NCBI GenBank assembly: GCA_963827685.1
Contig: CAWHBU010000002.1
Span: 864,001 to 928,000 of the forward strand
DNA: 64,000 nt
Direction: 5' to 3'
From: an uncultured delta proteobacterium
Lineage (GTDB): Bacteria; Desulfobacterota; BSN033; UBA1163
This document shows positions 19,864 to 30,042 of this stretch, one piece after another. A program made the translations under genes and the position numbers. Every line of letters starts with the position of its first letter. The first letter of the stretch is position 1. The notes under the pieces are model-generated. The model saw only the letters and a program-made list of their open reading frames with translations. It was not told the DNA's origin and made no database searches.

Positions 19864-20175
19864 GATATACCCCTTCCTTCAGCTCGTTAGATCATAGGCT
19901 TATTATGAATCGCTTATGTTCGCCCAAAACTTATCTGACATTCCTATTTAACATAAAAAAGAAGATTTTTGCCCTATTATTAGCTGCCGGTTTCTCACCA
20001 TCATTTTAACACCAATATCAAACGCTATCCATGAGGATTACATGAAGAAACAAAGGCTTCATGCCTGCCCCTCGCTGATCCGTAAGAGAGCCATTCCCGC
20101 AAATATTAAGATTTTCATCTCCCTCTTGTTCGATTTTGGGTTCCATGTTATTTTTATAAAAACAATCATCAAGAT

Positions 20176-21291
20176 ATGAATTTATCCATTCTGAAAGCCA
20201 TTTTTGCCTCCATGGAACAGGGGGTTGTTTTTATTGATGATCAAAATCGAATCGCCTACTGCAATCCGGCAGCAGAGAAGATTCGAAACATTAAGATGGA
20301 TCAAGTATTGGGCCAATCCATCTTGCACTACCATCCTCAAAAGGCCCATCCAAAGGTCCTGCAAATCATAGAAGACTTAAAATCCGGACGAGTAAAAGGA
20401 CACCACCGGATGAACGTTCAGATGGTGGAGGGAAAATTCTATGACAATACGTATACGCCGGTCTGGGGCCCCAGAAACAAATATTTGGGCACCATCGTTG
20501 TCAGCAAGGAGATCACACAACGAAAGAAAACAGAGGATGAACTCAAAGACGCACTGAAAAAACTGAAGATCGCTAATGAAGAATTAAGGCAGCTCGATCA
20601 AACGAAGGACGACTTTCTCTCCAACGTCAGCCATGAGCTGAAAACACCGATGATCTCAGTGATGGGCTATATCGGAATGCTGCTCAAGGAGAAGGCTGGC
20701 TCGTTGACAGAACAGCAGAAGAGGTTTTTGGAAATATCTTATAAAAACTTACGAAAGCTTGGAAAGAACATAGACGACCTTTTGGATTTGGCCGAATTCG
20801 GAATACAAAAAGAGTCCTGGGTATTCGAACCGGTCGATCTTGCTAAAGTCATTGAATTTTCATGCGCCACCGTCGAACCCCTAGCTAAGGAACATCAAAT
20901 CCAACTGGAAGCTCAACTTCCCCCCGAACCAGTAGAGATCTCCGGGGTTGAGGAAAAACTCTACCAACTCTTTGATAATCTTCTCACCAATGCCGTCAAA
21001 TATAACCGTCAGGGAGGAAAGATCTGTGTGAGCGTTGATCAGGATCCTGAATTTATCTTCACCCGCATTACCGATACAGGGGTCGGAATCTCTCACCAAT
21101 CTCTGCAGGAAGTCTTCACACGCCATTACCAGGAAAAAACAAAACCCCTTGGAAACGCCAAGGGATTAGGGATCGGGCTCTCCCTTGTCCAGGAAATTGT
21201 TAAACTCCATCAGGGAGATATCCAGATCGAAAGCGAGTTGGGCACGGGAACGACCTTCACAATAAGGCTCCCTAAAAGTCCCATCAAATGA
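20176..21291 (+). CDS. Cytoplasmic PAS-domain histidine kinase
   Basis: PAS (CNPAAE), SHELKTP, NAVKY, DTGVGI, GLGIGL. Confidence 0.92.
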   Translation: MNLSILKAIFASMEQGVVFIDDQNRIAYCNPAAEKIRNIKMDQVLGQSILHYHPQKAHPKVLQIIEDLKSGRVKGHHRMNVQMVEGKFYDNTYTPVWGPRNKYLGTIVVSKEITQRKKTEDELKDALKKLKIANEELRQLDQTKDDFLSNVSHELKTPMISVMGYIGMLLKEKAGSLTEQQKRFLEISYKNLRKLGKNIDDLLDLAEFGIQKESWVFEPVDLAKVIEFSCATVEPLAKEHQIQLEAQLPPEPVEISGVEEKLYQLFDNLLTNAVKYNRQGGKICVSVDQDPEFIFTRITDTGVGISHQSLQEVFTRHYQEKTKPLGNAKGLGIGLSLVQEIVKLHQGDIQIESELGTGTTFTIRLPKSPIK

Positions 21292-21397
21292 TGGAACAAT
21301 CATCAAATTCCAAGCCCCGATAAACCAATAATAACCAAATTCCAATTTCTAAACTTTGAGTTTATCGAAAGGCCTTTAACGGGTTAGAGCTTCGATT

Positions 21398-22846
21398 CTA
21401 TCTCTCCCAAATACGATAAAATGATGAGGTGTACCCATGCTCCAATCTCGCCACCCCTGTCTGAATGGCTGCCTCTCTCACATAATTCGACACCTGTTCT
21501 GGGACTTCCCGATTTAAGACGCTTGGAATGATATAGTCCTCACTCAATTCCTCCTCTGAAATGATGTGGGCAATCGCATTCGCCGCAGCAAAAAGCATTT
21601 CATCGTTAATCTCTAATGCCTGACAGTCCAGGACTCCTCTGAAGAGGCCCGGGAAACAGAGGACATTATTGATTTGATTGGGATAGTCCGATCTACCCGT
21701 AGCGATCACCCGCGCATATCGGGCGGCCTCCTCGGGCATGATCTCAGGATCGGGATTCGCCATGGCGAAGACAATCGGGTTTTTTGCCATTTTCTTGATA
21801 TCGTTCACATGAATAACGCCAGGTTGAGAAAGGCCAATAAAAAGATCAGCACCCTTTAGGGCCTTTGATATGGGCCCATGAATCCTCTCTGGGTTTGTAT
21901 TTTCTGCGATGAGTGTCTTTATTGGGTTCATGTTTTCCTTTCGACCTTTATAGAGAATACCACTCCGGTCGCATCCAATAATTTGCTTCACTCCTGCAGA
22001 AAGGAGAAGTCGTATGGAAGCAATTCCGGCGGCGCCCAGACCGCTGAACACCACTCGGATATTTTCCAATCTCTTGTTAACAACCTTCAAGGCATTGATC
22101 AATCCTGCCAAAATCACTACGGCTGTTCCATGTTGATCATCATGAAAGACAGGAATATCCAATTCATTTCTCAATCGTCTTTCGATCTCAAAACAACGGG
22201 GAGCAGAGATATCCTCCAGATTCACTCCACCGAATCCAGGGGATATAGATTTAATCACTGTGACAATTTGTTTTGGATCTTTAGTTTTTAAACAAATGGG
22301 AAAGGCATCAACGCCGCCAAATTCCTTGAAGAGCATTGCCTTTCCCTCCATCACCGGCATCGCTGCCTCCGGCCCGATATCCCCAAGTCCGAGCACTGCG
22401 GTTCCATCCGTGACGACCGCCACGGTATTCTTCTTAATCGTCAGGTCATAAGCCTTCTTCCGATCCTCATGGATCGTCATGCAGACCCTCGCCACTCCAG
22501 GCGTGTAGGCCATGGAAAGATCCTCTCGAGTGCTCACCGGAACTTTGTTCTTTATTTCGATCTTTCCTCCCTGGTGGATCATATAGGTTCGATCCGTCAC
22601 ATTGAGGACATTGACCCCTTTCACCTGCTTCAGCGCGTCAACCACCTTCTGCCCCATCGGGATATCCGCCACACTTACGACAATATTGCGGATCATGATG
22701 TTTTTCCTAAATCCAACGATATCAATAGCGCCGATGTCTCCGCCTGCTTTACCAATCGCAGAGGTGACTTTACCCAGCATCCCTGGCTTATTGAGAATCT
22801 CGAGTCGAATGAGGATGCTGTAACTTGGACTGGGTTTTCTGATCAT
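21398..22846 (-). CDS. NAD(P)-dependent malic enzyme with N-terminal ACT domain
   Basis: NKPGMLG (ACT), AYTPGVA, DGTAVLGLG, HDDQHGTA, NQINNVL. Confidence 0.93.
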   Translation of the reverse strand: MIRKPSPSYSILIRLEILNKPGMLGKVTSAIGKAGGDIGAIDIVGFRKNIMIRNIVVSVADIPMGQKVVDALKQVKGVNVLNVTDRTYMIHQGGKIEIKNKVPVSTREDLSMAYTPGVARVCMTIHEDRKKAYDLTIKKNTVAVVTDGTAVLGLGDIGPEAAMPVMEGKAMLFKEFGGVDAFPICLKTKDPKQIVTVIKSISPGFGGVNLEDISAPRCFEIERRLRNELDIPVFHDDQHGTAVVILAGLINALKVVNKRLENIRVVFSGLGAAGIASIRLLLSAGVKQIIGCDRSGILYKGRKENMNPIKTLIAENTNPERIHGPISKALKGADLFIGLSQPGVIHVNDIKKMAKNPIVFAMANPDPEIMPEEAARYARVIATGRSDYPNQINNVLCFPGLFRGVLDCQALEINDEMLFAAANAIAHIISEEELSEDYIIPSVLNREVPEQVSNYVREAAIQTGVARLEHGYTSSFYRIWER

Positions 22847-22907
22847 AAAATTGCCCTCCCTGTTTCAACTCTTGCTTATCACATCACATCTTTCCTTTTA
22901 CAAATTT

Positions 22908-23267
22908 CTAAACCAGCCTCTTCTCCATCAAAAAATTCATGGCCGTCTGGCAGGATGTGGTGGCCAAAGAGATCGCCTCGGAAAAAGAGCCTTGAGCCTC
23001 TTGAAATTGAGACATATGAATTCTTCCGATCACCTCCATCACTTTTCGTTCTAAATCAGCATAACGGCCCGATCCCAACACGTTCTCTGCGATTCGAACC
23101 TCCCGGAGCAATCCTTCTAAGTACCATACCAATACCTTTTTTCCCCCGGAGAGCTCATCCTCTTTTTTGAGCGATATCATTTGATCCAGGAGGGTCGTTC
23201 CGATAATCAACCCGGATTTCATCTTCTCTGCGTATTGAAAATCCAAAATCGCCTCTCGCGTCTCCAT
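22908..23267 (-). CDS. Hypothetical helical protein
   Basis: 119 aa with SD; co-oriented with malic enzyme. Confidence 0.6.
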   Translation of the reverse strand: METREAILDFQYAEKMKSGLIIGTTLLDQMISLKKEDELSGGKKVLVWYLEGLLREVRIAENVLGSGRYADLERKVMEVIGRIHMSQFQEAQGSFSEAISLATTSCQTAMNFLMEKRLV

Positions 23268-23289
23268 TCCTCTTCTCCTACTCTTTCAT

Positions 23290-23340
23290 CCCCTCACCCT
23301 CCCCTCTCTCCTGTATTCGAGGGAGAGGATAGAGGTGAGG
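23290..23340. repeat. CCCTCACC...GGGAGAGG...GGTGAGG REP-like hairpin
   Basis: Same family as 6994 and 60736. Confidence 0.6.
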
Positions 23341-23400
23341 AGGTGTGATGTGATGGCAATGTTCATTCCATTATTTACGTGAAAGTCAATAAATCGCTCA

Positions 23401-23571
23401 TGATGGTTGGAGAATTATCAGAAAAGGCAGAAAAAATCAAGCTTTTGGGTGATCCCTCAGTGACTACGTCACTCCTGCGAAAGCAGGAGTCCAGAACTTA
23501 TTGATCTCACCGATTCCCGCTTTCGCGGGAATGACAAAATGAGCCAATCCTGACTTTTTACGAGACCATCA
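23401..23571. repeat. MITE-like element (TGATGG...CCATCA ends) containing GTCA...TGAC double hairpin
   Basis: ctcctgcgaaagcaggag and attcccgctttcgcgggaat hairpins at 23468-23535. Confidence 0.6.
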
Positions 23572-23638
23572 TAAGTGAACTACTTTACCAAGAAAAAACT
23601 CACCAGAAAGAATGAATGAGCGGCGAGGGAGGAAGTTT

Positions 23639-23734
23639 ACCCCGTTAGAAATAATGCCCCGCTACTCTTCAGCGGGGTTAGAATTTCGAATAATTCCCGC
23701 GGGGTTTAATGTCTCGCTAGGATTTCTAACGGGG
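23639..23734. mobile_element. MITE, ACCCCGTTAGAAA...TTTCTAACGGGG family
   Basis: Terminal inverted repeats; copies at 31785, 54844 (half) and 57527. Confidence 0.8.
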
Positions 23735-23742
23735 CAGAGATT

Positions 23743-24495
23743 TTATCGATAGGGTTTGAGTCGCTCTAAAAAGTTAGGATCTACGAGAATCCCAAGTTTC
23801 CCGGCCTGATCACAATGCTCAATGGCTAACTTAAATTCCTGTTTCTCAAAATAGGCGACCGCCAGACTATAGTGAGCTTCTGCAAATTTGGGATTGATTT
23901 CCAATGCCTTCTGAAAGGAAGCGATCGCCTCGTCTATTTTCTTCCTTTCGCGATAGACACTTCCTATATTATAATAACCCTTGGCATAGCTCGGGTTGAT
24001 GTCAATCGTCTTCTGATACTCAGCGAGGGCCTGATCTAACATTCCCTTTCTGAAGTAAAGAATTCCCAGATTGTTATGGGCTTCGACATAATTCGGATAG
24101 ATTTGAAGCGTCTTCTGATATTGGGCCATCGCCTCTTTGGAATCTCCTTTTTCCTGGTAAGCTACCCCGAGATCAAAATGGGCCTCAGCGAAATTGCGAT
24201 CAATGCGGAGGGCTTCTTCATACTCCGAAATCTCTTTCTTCCACTTCTTCTGCCTTCCATAGACAATACCGAGATTGAGGTGGGCTTTTGCATTCTTTGA
24301 ATCCAGTTTCAGCACCTTTTGATATTCTCTAACAGCCTCATCCAAATTTCCCTTCTCTGCAGCACTATAGGCCAATTGAAAGTGTTCCTCAATGGTGACG
24401 GCCTCATCCTTTTTCCCGGTCTTATTTCCTCCTGCACAGGAGATCAGCAAAAAAATCATGGTAGAAATAAGGAAATATTTTGTCATCGTTTTCAA
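23743..24495 (-). CDS. TPR-repeat lipoprotein
   Basis: Lipobox LISC; repeats AHLNLG, AHFDLG, AHNNLG, AHYSLA. Confidence 0.9.
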   Translation of the reverse strand: MKTMTKYFLISTMIFLLISCAGGNKTGKKDEAVTIEEHFQLAYSAAEKGNLDEAVREYQKVLKLDSKNAKAHLNLGIVYGRQKKWKKEISEYEEALRIDRNFAEAHFDLGVAYQEKGDSKEAMAQYQKTLQIYPNYVEAHNNLGILYFRKGMLDQALAEYQKTIDINPSYAKGYYNIGSVYRERKKIDEAIASFQKALEINPKFAEAHYSLAVAYFEKQEFKLAIEHCDQAGKLGILVDPNFLERLKPYR

Positions 24496-24712
24496 GATTC
24501 CCCTCCTATGCTAAGGAGAGCTCTAAAAACTATTCTACGCTCTCCTGAAATCTCCTAAGATCTTCTGATTTATTAACAAAAAAATAGAAGTAAATCAAGA
24601 CTATTCTTTCTTGACCGATGAAGTAGGAATTCTTAGACTCATCTTCATCCCCATTGACTCAAATCTCTAATCGTTGTAAGAATGGATAAATAGGAGAGGA
24701 GGTGATATCCCT

Positions 24713-25399
24713 ACGAAGTCCATTCTAATTGTTGAGGATGAAAAAGATATTGTTGATCTCATCGCCTACCATCTTAAACAATCGGGCTTTTCTGTTTCTA
24801 TAGCCGTGGATGGTGCTTCGGGACTGGAACGGGCAAGAAAAGAAAGCCCCGGTCTCATTATTTTGGATCTCATGCTTCCTGAGATGGACGGAAAGGACGT
24901 CTGCAGAGCCCTCAAATCAAATCCGCTCACCCGATCCATCCCGATCCTCATCCTCACGGCAAAGGCAGAAGAGATGGATCGGGTCATAGGGCTCGAGTTG
25001 GGTGCGGATGATTATGTCACCAAGCCCTTCAGTCCAAGGGAATTGGTTTTAAGGGTGAAAGCAATCCTTCGTAGAAAGGACACCCCCTATGAAGGTGAAA
25101 AGACGATTCAGATAAGTGATCTCTTGATCGATATTGATCGCCACGTGGTTACCTCAAAGAAAAAGCCTATTTCCCTAACCTCCACCGAATTCAAACTTCT
25201 GGTAGAACTCGTAACCAACAGGGGACGTGTTCAAACTCGGGAACGCCTTCTGGACAAGGTTTGGGGATACACCTATGAAGGGTACGCGCGGACAGTGGAT
25301 ACACATATTCGCCGATTAAGAGAAAAACTCGGACCTTTGGGAAACTCCATCGAAACCATCCGCGGAGTGGGATATCGATTCCGAGAGGAGAAAGAATGA
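24713..25399 (+). CDS. phoB: PhoB-like response regulator (apparent ACG start)
   Basis: KSILIVEDEKDI upstream of track start, LDLMLP, GADDYVTKPF, RTVDTHIRRLREKL; upstream of phoR. Confidence 0.85.
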   Translation, partial: TKSILIVEDEKDIVDLIAYHLKQSGFSVSIAVDGASGLERARKESPGLIILDLMLPEMDGKDVCRALKSNPLTRSIPILILTAKAEEMDRVIGLELGADDYVTKPFSPRELVLRVKAILRRKDTPYEGEKTIQISDLLIDIDRHVVTSKKKPISLTSTEFKLLVELVTNRGRVQTRERLLDKVWGYTYEGYARTVDTHIRRLREKLGPLGNSIETIRGVGYRFREEKE

Positions 25400-26778
25400 A
25401 CCTTCCTTTCCAAAGGAAACTGATGGTTTTATTTATCTTTCTTCTCCTCTTTGTTCTTCTGATCCAAGGGTACCTCCTCTATATTCTTAAGAAGCCCTTC
25501 TTCTCCTCCTTTTTGATCTCCCTCCTTATCACCCTTTCTCTTGCCTACATTTTCTCGAAGGTTCTCACTCAACCGATTCAAAGGATCAGAGAGATGGTGA
25601 GGCGGTTAGCTGATGGGAGTCCGGAGAGAGAGATTCAGATCTATTCAAATGATGAATGGGGAGAACTTGCCAAAGCAGTTGATGAAATGAGAATCCAACT
25701 CAAGGAAGAAATCGAGGAGATCTCCAGGGAAAGGGATTATCTCAAAACCATCCTCAAGGGAATGGTGGAAGGGGTCCTCGTCGTAGATGAACGGGGTCGC
25801 ATCCTGATGGTGAACGATGCCTTTCAAAAGATATTGTCTCTCTCTTTGGAGGTCGTTGACAGAGCACCTTTGGAAGCGATCCGCAATACAGAGTTAGAGG
25901 AGGCGATTCGAGAGGCGATTCGAGAAGGGAAAAATAAAGCCTTTGAATTGACCTTTCCATTAACCGGAGGGAAAACGCTCGAGGTCAACGTGGTGGGAAT
26001 TTCTCCTTCTCCCGAAGAGATTGGCAAAGAAAGTGAAAAGAAGAGAGGGGCGATCGCTGTCTTTCATGATATTAGCCGCTTGAAGGAGTTGGAAAAAATC
26101 AGACAGGATTTTGTGGCCAATGTCTCTCATGAATTGAGAACCCCTTTGACGACCATCAAAGGTTATACGGAGACACTCTTAGATGGAGCCCTGAAGGAAG
26201 CAGTAGCACCTCAATTTCTCCAGGTCATCCAGAAACATGCCGATCGGTTGACAAAAATTGTTGAAGACCTTTTGACGCTTTCGAAGATCGAATCCAGAGA
26301 GTTTTATCTGAAAGTGGATCGTCTTCCCCTTTCCGAGCTGATCGATGACGTTTCGGATTTTGTCAAAGAGGCGGCACAGAGGAAGAAAATATCCATCTCA
26401 CGAAGCATCATCCCCTCTTCTCTTGAGGTGATGGGGGATCGAAGTTATTTAGAACAGGTGTTCATCAATCTTCTGGATAATGCCATCAAATACACCCATG
26501 AGGGAGGAGAGATTTCGATCTCGGCTTTCGAAAATGAGCAAAAGGAGATTCAAGTTCTAATTAAAGACAATGGCATGGGAATTCCCAAAGAAGACCTTTC
26601 AAGAATATTTGAACGTTTCTACAGAGTCGACAAGGGAAGGTCTAAAGAACTGGGAGGGACCGGTCTCGGCCTCTCCATTGTGAAACATCTGGTCCAGGCT
26701 CATGGCGGGAGGGTCTGGGTTGAAAGCCAGCCGGGGAAGGGGTCTGTCTTCTATTTCACCCTGCCAAGAAAATCATAA
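25396..26778 (+). CDS. phoR: PhoR-like sensor kinase (TM-HAMP-PAS-HisKA-HATPase)
   Basis: FVANVSHELRTPLT, RIFERFYRVDKGRS, GGTGLGL; ATGA overlap with phoB. Confidence 0.9.
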   Translation: MNLPFQRKLMVLFIFLLLFVLLIQGYLLYILKKPFFSSFLISLLITLSLAYIFSKVLTQPIQRIREMVRRLADGSPEREIQIYSNDEWGELAKAVDEMRIQLKEEIEEISRERDYLKTILKGMVEGVLVVDERGRILMVNDAFQKILSLSLEVVDRAPLEAIRNTELEEAIREAIREGKNKAFELTFPLTGGKTLEVNVVGISPSPEEIGKESEKKRGAIAVFHDISRLKELEKIRQDFVANVSHELRTPLTTIKGYTETLLDGALKEAVAPQFLQVIQKHADRLTKIVEDLLTLSKIESREFYLKVDRLPLSELIDDVSDFVKEAAQRKKISISRSIIPSSLEVMGDRSYLEQVFINLLDNAIKYTHEGGEISISAFENEQKEIQVLIKDNGMGIPKEDLSRIFERFYRVDKGRSKELGGTGLGLSIVKHLVQAHGGRVWVESQPGKGSVFYFTLPRKS

Positions 26779-28014
26779 ATGAAACCCGACTTTTTATGGG
26801 GTGTAGCAACCTCGGCCTTTCAGCTTGAAGGTTCTCCGTATGCGGATTGGGCGCTGTGGGACCCCGTCTTGAAGTCCAAGCCGGATGTCACTCACCATTA
26901 TCGCCTTTTTAGAGAAGATTTAAAATTACTCAAGGAACTGGGTGTGAATGCCTATCGTTTTTCGGTGGAATGGAGTCGGATCCAACCGGAGGAGGACCGA
27001 TGGGATGATGAGGCGATTCATCACTATCAAGAGATCGTCCAAATACTGCGTCAAAATAATATTGAACCCATGATCACACTCCACCATTTCACACACCCCC
27101 AATGGTTTCTCACAAAATATCCGTGGCATGATGATCACTCGGTTCCGATGTTTTTAACTTATATCGAAAAGGTGATTACCCGTTTGAATAACGTACGGTA
27201 TTGGATTACCATCAATGAGCCTTACGTCCTTCTTTTGGGAGGATACTTGGAAGGATGCATGCCTCCTGGGATTCGAGATTTTCCTTTCTTCCTAAGTGCA
27301 TTAAAGAATATTCTCACCTCTCACGGAAAGGCATACGACCTTATTCATACCCTCAGGCATGACGCCATGGTCAGTGTGGCTCATAACATGGCTGTTTTTG
27401 CTCCCTATCAAAAGTGGAACCCTTTTGACAGGCTTCTTTCTCGTTTTGCGCAATATTTTTACAATCACTCCTTGCTGGATGCTTTCCACACCGGACGACT
27501 TAGGATAAAATTCCCCTTTGTGAATTCGATTGAAATGGACGTTCCCCTCAAAGGGAAACTCGATTTTTTCGGAGTGAACTATTATACGAGGATTCATTTG
27601 AGATTCAACCCGTTTCGGAAGATGGGGGTTGAGTGGAAATACAAGGATGCAGAAGAGCAAGGATTTACCGATATGGGATGGGAGATACATCCCCACGGCA
27701 TGGAAAGGGTTCTGAAGGAGGTATCAAGACTTAACGTTCCCATCATCATCACAGAAAATGGCATTGCCACTCACGATGACCGGAAAAAGGAAAAATTCAT
27801 TAAGAGGCATGTCGATGTGATCGAGGGATGCCTGAAAAAGCGGATAGATGTCAGAGGTTATTTCTATTGGTCATTAATGGACAATTATGAGTGGTTACGG
27901 GGGTTTGACGCGAGGTTTGGCCTCTATCGGGTAGATTATGATACGCTAAAACGCAAACCCACGGTGGCAGCAGCTTTCTACTCCTATATCATCAAATCCA
28001 GATCCTTTTTTTAA
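26779..28014 (+). CDS. Glycoside hydrolase family 1
   Basis: FLWGVATSAFQLEG, YRFSVEWSRI, TINEP and ITENG catalytic Glu motifs, WSLMDNYEW; ATG abuts phoR stop. Confidence 0.93.
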   Translation: MKPDFLWGVATSAFQLEGSPYADWALWDPVLKSKPDVTHHYRLFREDLKLLKELGVNAYRFSVEWSRIQPEEDRWDDEAIHHYQEIVQILRQNNIEPMITLHHFTHPQWFLTKYPWHDDHSVPMFLTYIEKVITRLNNVRYWITINEPYVLLLGGYLEGCMPPGIRDFPFFLSALKNILTSHGKAYDLIHTLRHDAMVSVAHNMAVFAPYQKWNPFDRLLSRFAQYFYNHSLLDAFHTGRLRIKFPFVNSIEMDVPLKGKLDFFGVNYYTRIHLRFNPFRKMGVEWKYKDAEEQGFTDMGWEIHPHGMERVLKEVSRLNVPIIITENGIATHDDRKKEKFIKRHVDVIEGCLKKRIDVRGYFYWSLMDNYEWLRGFDARFGLYRVDYDTLKRKPTVAAAFYSYIIKSRSFF

Positions 28015-28064
28015 CCAAAATTTCATCTGTTCGTCATCAATTCGTAACATTAACCTATTAAAAT
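28011..28064 (+). promoter_or_regulatory. Pho-box-like promoter
   Basis: TTAACC/TTCATC/GTCATC/GTAACA at 28011, 28022, 28033, 28044; -10 TAAAAT at 28059. Confidence 0.75.
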
Positions 28065-28074
28065 TTCTCACAAA

Positions 28075-28767
28075 ATGTTGCTTTGTGATTTGCATATTCA
28101 CACAAAATATTCCGATGGATCTGTAGAACTCAGAAGAACGGTGGACCTTTTCGGCCAGGCAGGTTTCGATGTCATTGCCATCACGGACCACGTGGTCAAC
28201 GGAGATAATCCCTTTGGAAAACTCGCAAACCGGTTCAAATTTTCTGTGACAGAGGACAGTTTTGAGGCTTACATGTCTCACATCGCCGAAGAAGCCGAGA
28301 GGGCATTGGATCGATATGGGTTGCTGGTTATTCCAGGGGTTGAGATTACCAAAAACTCCTTTTCTTCTGACAAGTCCGCCCATTTCCTGCTGATCGACAT
28401 TAAAGAATTCATCCCAGCTTCGTGGAGCTATGAGAAGATCTTTCTTGAGGCCAAGAAGCAAGACGCTCTTATTGTCGCCTGTCACCCTCACCGTACCTCA
28501 GAGAAGAGCTTCATCGATACGCTCTTTCTCTGGAATAATAGAGACAAGTACGCCAGGTACATCGACGCCTGGGAGATCGCCAATCGGGACGATGTCTTTA
28601 ACGTCATCAGCCTTAAAAAATACCCTTACATTGCAGGGAGCGATTTTCACAAGGTCAGGCACCTTTATTCTTGGAAATCCCTTCTGAATTGCCAAAAAGA
28701 CGTGGAATCAATCAAACAGTGTATTCGATCGAACTGGGGAGTAGCCATCACCCTCTTTAGAAACTAA
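28075..28767 (+). CDS. PHP-family metallophosphoesterase
   Basis: DLHIHTKYSDG, AITDH, GVEI, CHPH, EIAN, GSDFH. Confidence 0.9.
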   Translation: MLLCDLHIHTKYSDGSVELRRTVDLFGQAGFDVIAITDHVVNGDNPFGKLANRFKFSVTEDSFEAYMSHIAEEAERALDRYGLLVIPGVEITKNSFSSDKSAHFLLIDIKEFIPASWSYEKIFLEAKKQDALIVACHPHRTSEKSFIDTLFLWNNRDKYARYIDAWEIANRDDVFNVISLKKYPYIAGSDFHKVRHLYSWKSLLNCQKDVESIKQCIRSNWGVAITLFRN

Positions 28768-28806
28768 GAGAAGCCATTGGAATAGAGCAATATAAGGAGA
28801 AAACAT

Positions 28807-30018
28807 ATGGTGCTTTTTTGGATTTTTGGAGTAGTAGTTTTTGGGGGATTAATCATTTATGGTCTTCAAATCATTGCGGTTCGGTCAACCCTTTCCTCAT
28901 CGGGAAATCGAAAGGACCATTCGAACCCATCACCATCCTTTCCGCCCATTTCAATTCTTAAGCCCCTCAAAGGGTTAGAAGACAACCTGTTTGGAAACCT
29001 GGAGAGTTTTTGTCTCCAGGACTATCCTGAATATGAAATTATTTTTTCGCTCCAGGATGAGAATGATCCTGCTTTCAAAGTGGTCCGGAAGATAATAGAG
29101 AAATTTGCGGATAAACCCATTTCGATCGTCATTGAAAGATGTCATCGTGGGTTTAATCCAAAGGTCAATAACCTGTTTTCAGCCTACCGGCTTTCAAGAT
29201 ATCCAATGATCTTAATAAGCGATAGCAACGTCATGGTAGATCCGTTTTACTTAAGAACGATTGTAAAGCCTATGGAAAACCCGGACGTCGGACTGGTCTG
29301 CAACTTGATCAAAGGCATAGGGGGAAAGACCATCGGTTCGATCTTTGAGAACCTCCATTTAAACTCATTCATCGTTGGGAACATTTGCTTTCTGGATAAG
29401 TATCTAACGATCCCGTGCGTCGTGGGGAAATCCATGCTCATGAGAAAAAGCGATTTGGAAGCCATCGGCGGCCTGGCGTCTGTTAAGGATGTTCTGGCAG
29501 AGGATCATTTCATCGGTGAAAAGATCAGAGGGCAAAAGCAAAGGGTGGTTATCTCAAATTACTTGATCAACAACGTAAACGAATATTGGAATCTCCGGAA
29601 GTTTATCAATCGTCATGTCAGGTGGGGAAAGATGAGATGGAAAATTGGAGGGATGAAATATCTTCTCGAGTTGACCATCAACCCTGTATTCACCGCTTTT
29701 CTCCCCTTGCTCCTATTGGGTCCGACGGAAAAAACCCTCTCTCTGCTTTCGCTGGTTTGTCTGATAAAAATCCTCGGCGATTTCTATCTCGGGAGGAGCA
29801 TCTCAAGGCCCATGCACCCCTTGGTCTATCTCTTATCACCTATTAAAGACCTTCTCATCGGTTTAATCTGGTTTGTTCCCTTTGCCGACAACACCGTGAT
29901 CTGGAGAGGAAACCGTTATCAGATTGGGAAGGACACAAGGCTATCTCTCTGTCCGGAAAAGGAAGGAGCCTGGATGTATAGAATCATGAATGGTATCAAA
30001 GCAAAATTGGCTTGGTAG
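28807..30018 (+). CDS. GT21 ceramide-glucosyltransferase/HpnI-like lipid glycosyltransferase
   Basis: N-terminal TM, ILKPLKG, NPKVNNL, ISDSN, LAEDH, RHVRW, C-terminal TMs, VIWRG. Confidence 0.88.
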   Translation: MVLFWIFGVVVFGGLIIYGLQIIAVRSTLSSSGNRKDHSNPSPSFPPISILKPLKGLEDNLFGNLESFCLQDYPEYEIIFSLQDENDPAFKVVRKIIEKFADKPISIVIERCHRGFNPKVNNLFSAYRLSRYPMILISDSNVMVDPFYLRTIVKPMENPDVGLVCNLIKGIGGKTIGSIFENLHLNSFIVGNICFLDKYLTIPCVVGKSMLMRKSDLEAIGGLASVKDVLAEDHFIGEKIRGQKQRVVISNYLINNVNEYWNLRKFINRHVRWGKMRWKIGGMKYLLELTINPVFTAFLPLLLLGPTEKTLSLLSLVCLIKILGDFYLGRSISRPMHPLVYLLSPIKDLLIGLIWFVPFADNTVIWRGNRYQIGKDTRLSLCPEKEGAWMYRIMNGIKAKLAW

Positions 30019-30042
30019 GACGGGGAAACAGAGGAGGAGTTC

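Noticed and set aside
22469-23170. 233-aa plus-strand ORF
   Set aside because: Antisense to malic enzyme and its upstream gene; no motifs.
24600-24700. Pho box upstream of phoB1 (autoregulation)
   Set aside because: No 11-bp array found; only a sigma70-like TTGACC-17-TAGACT at 24611-24639.
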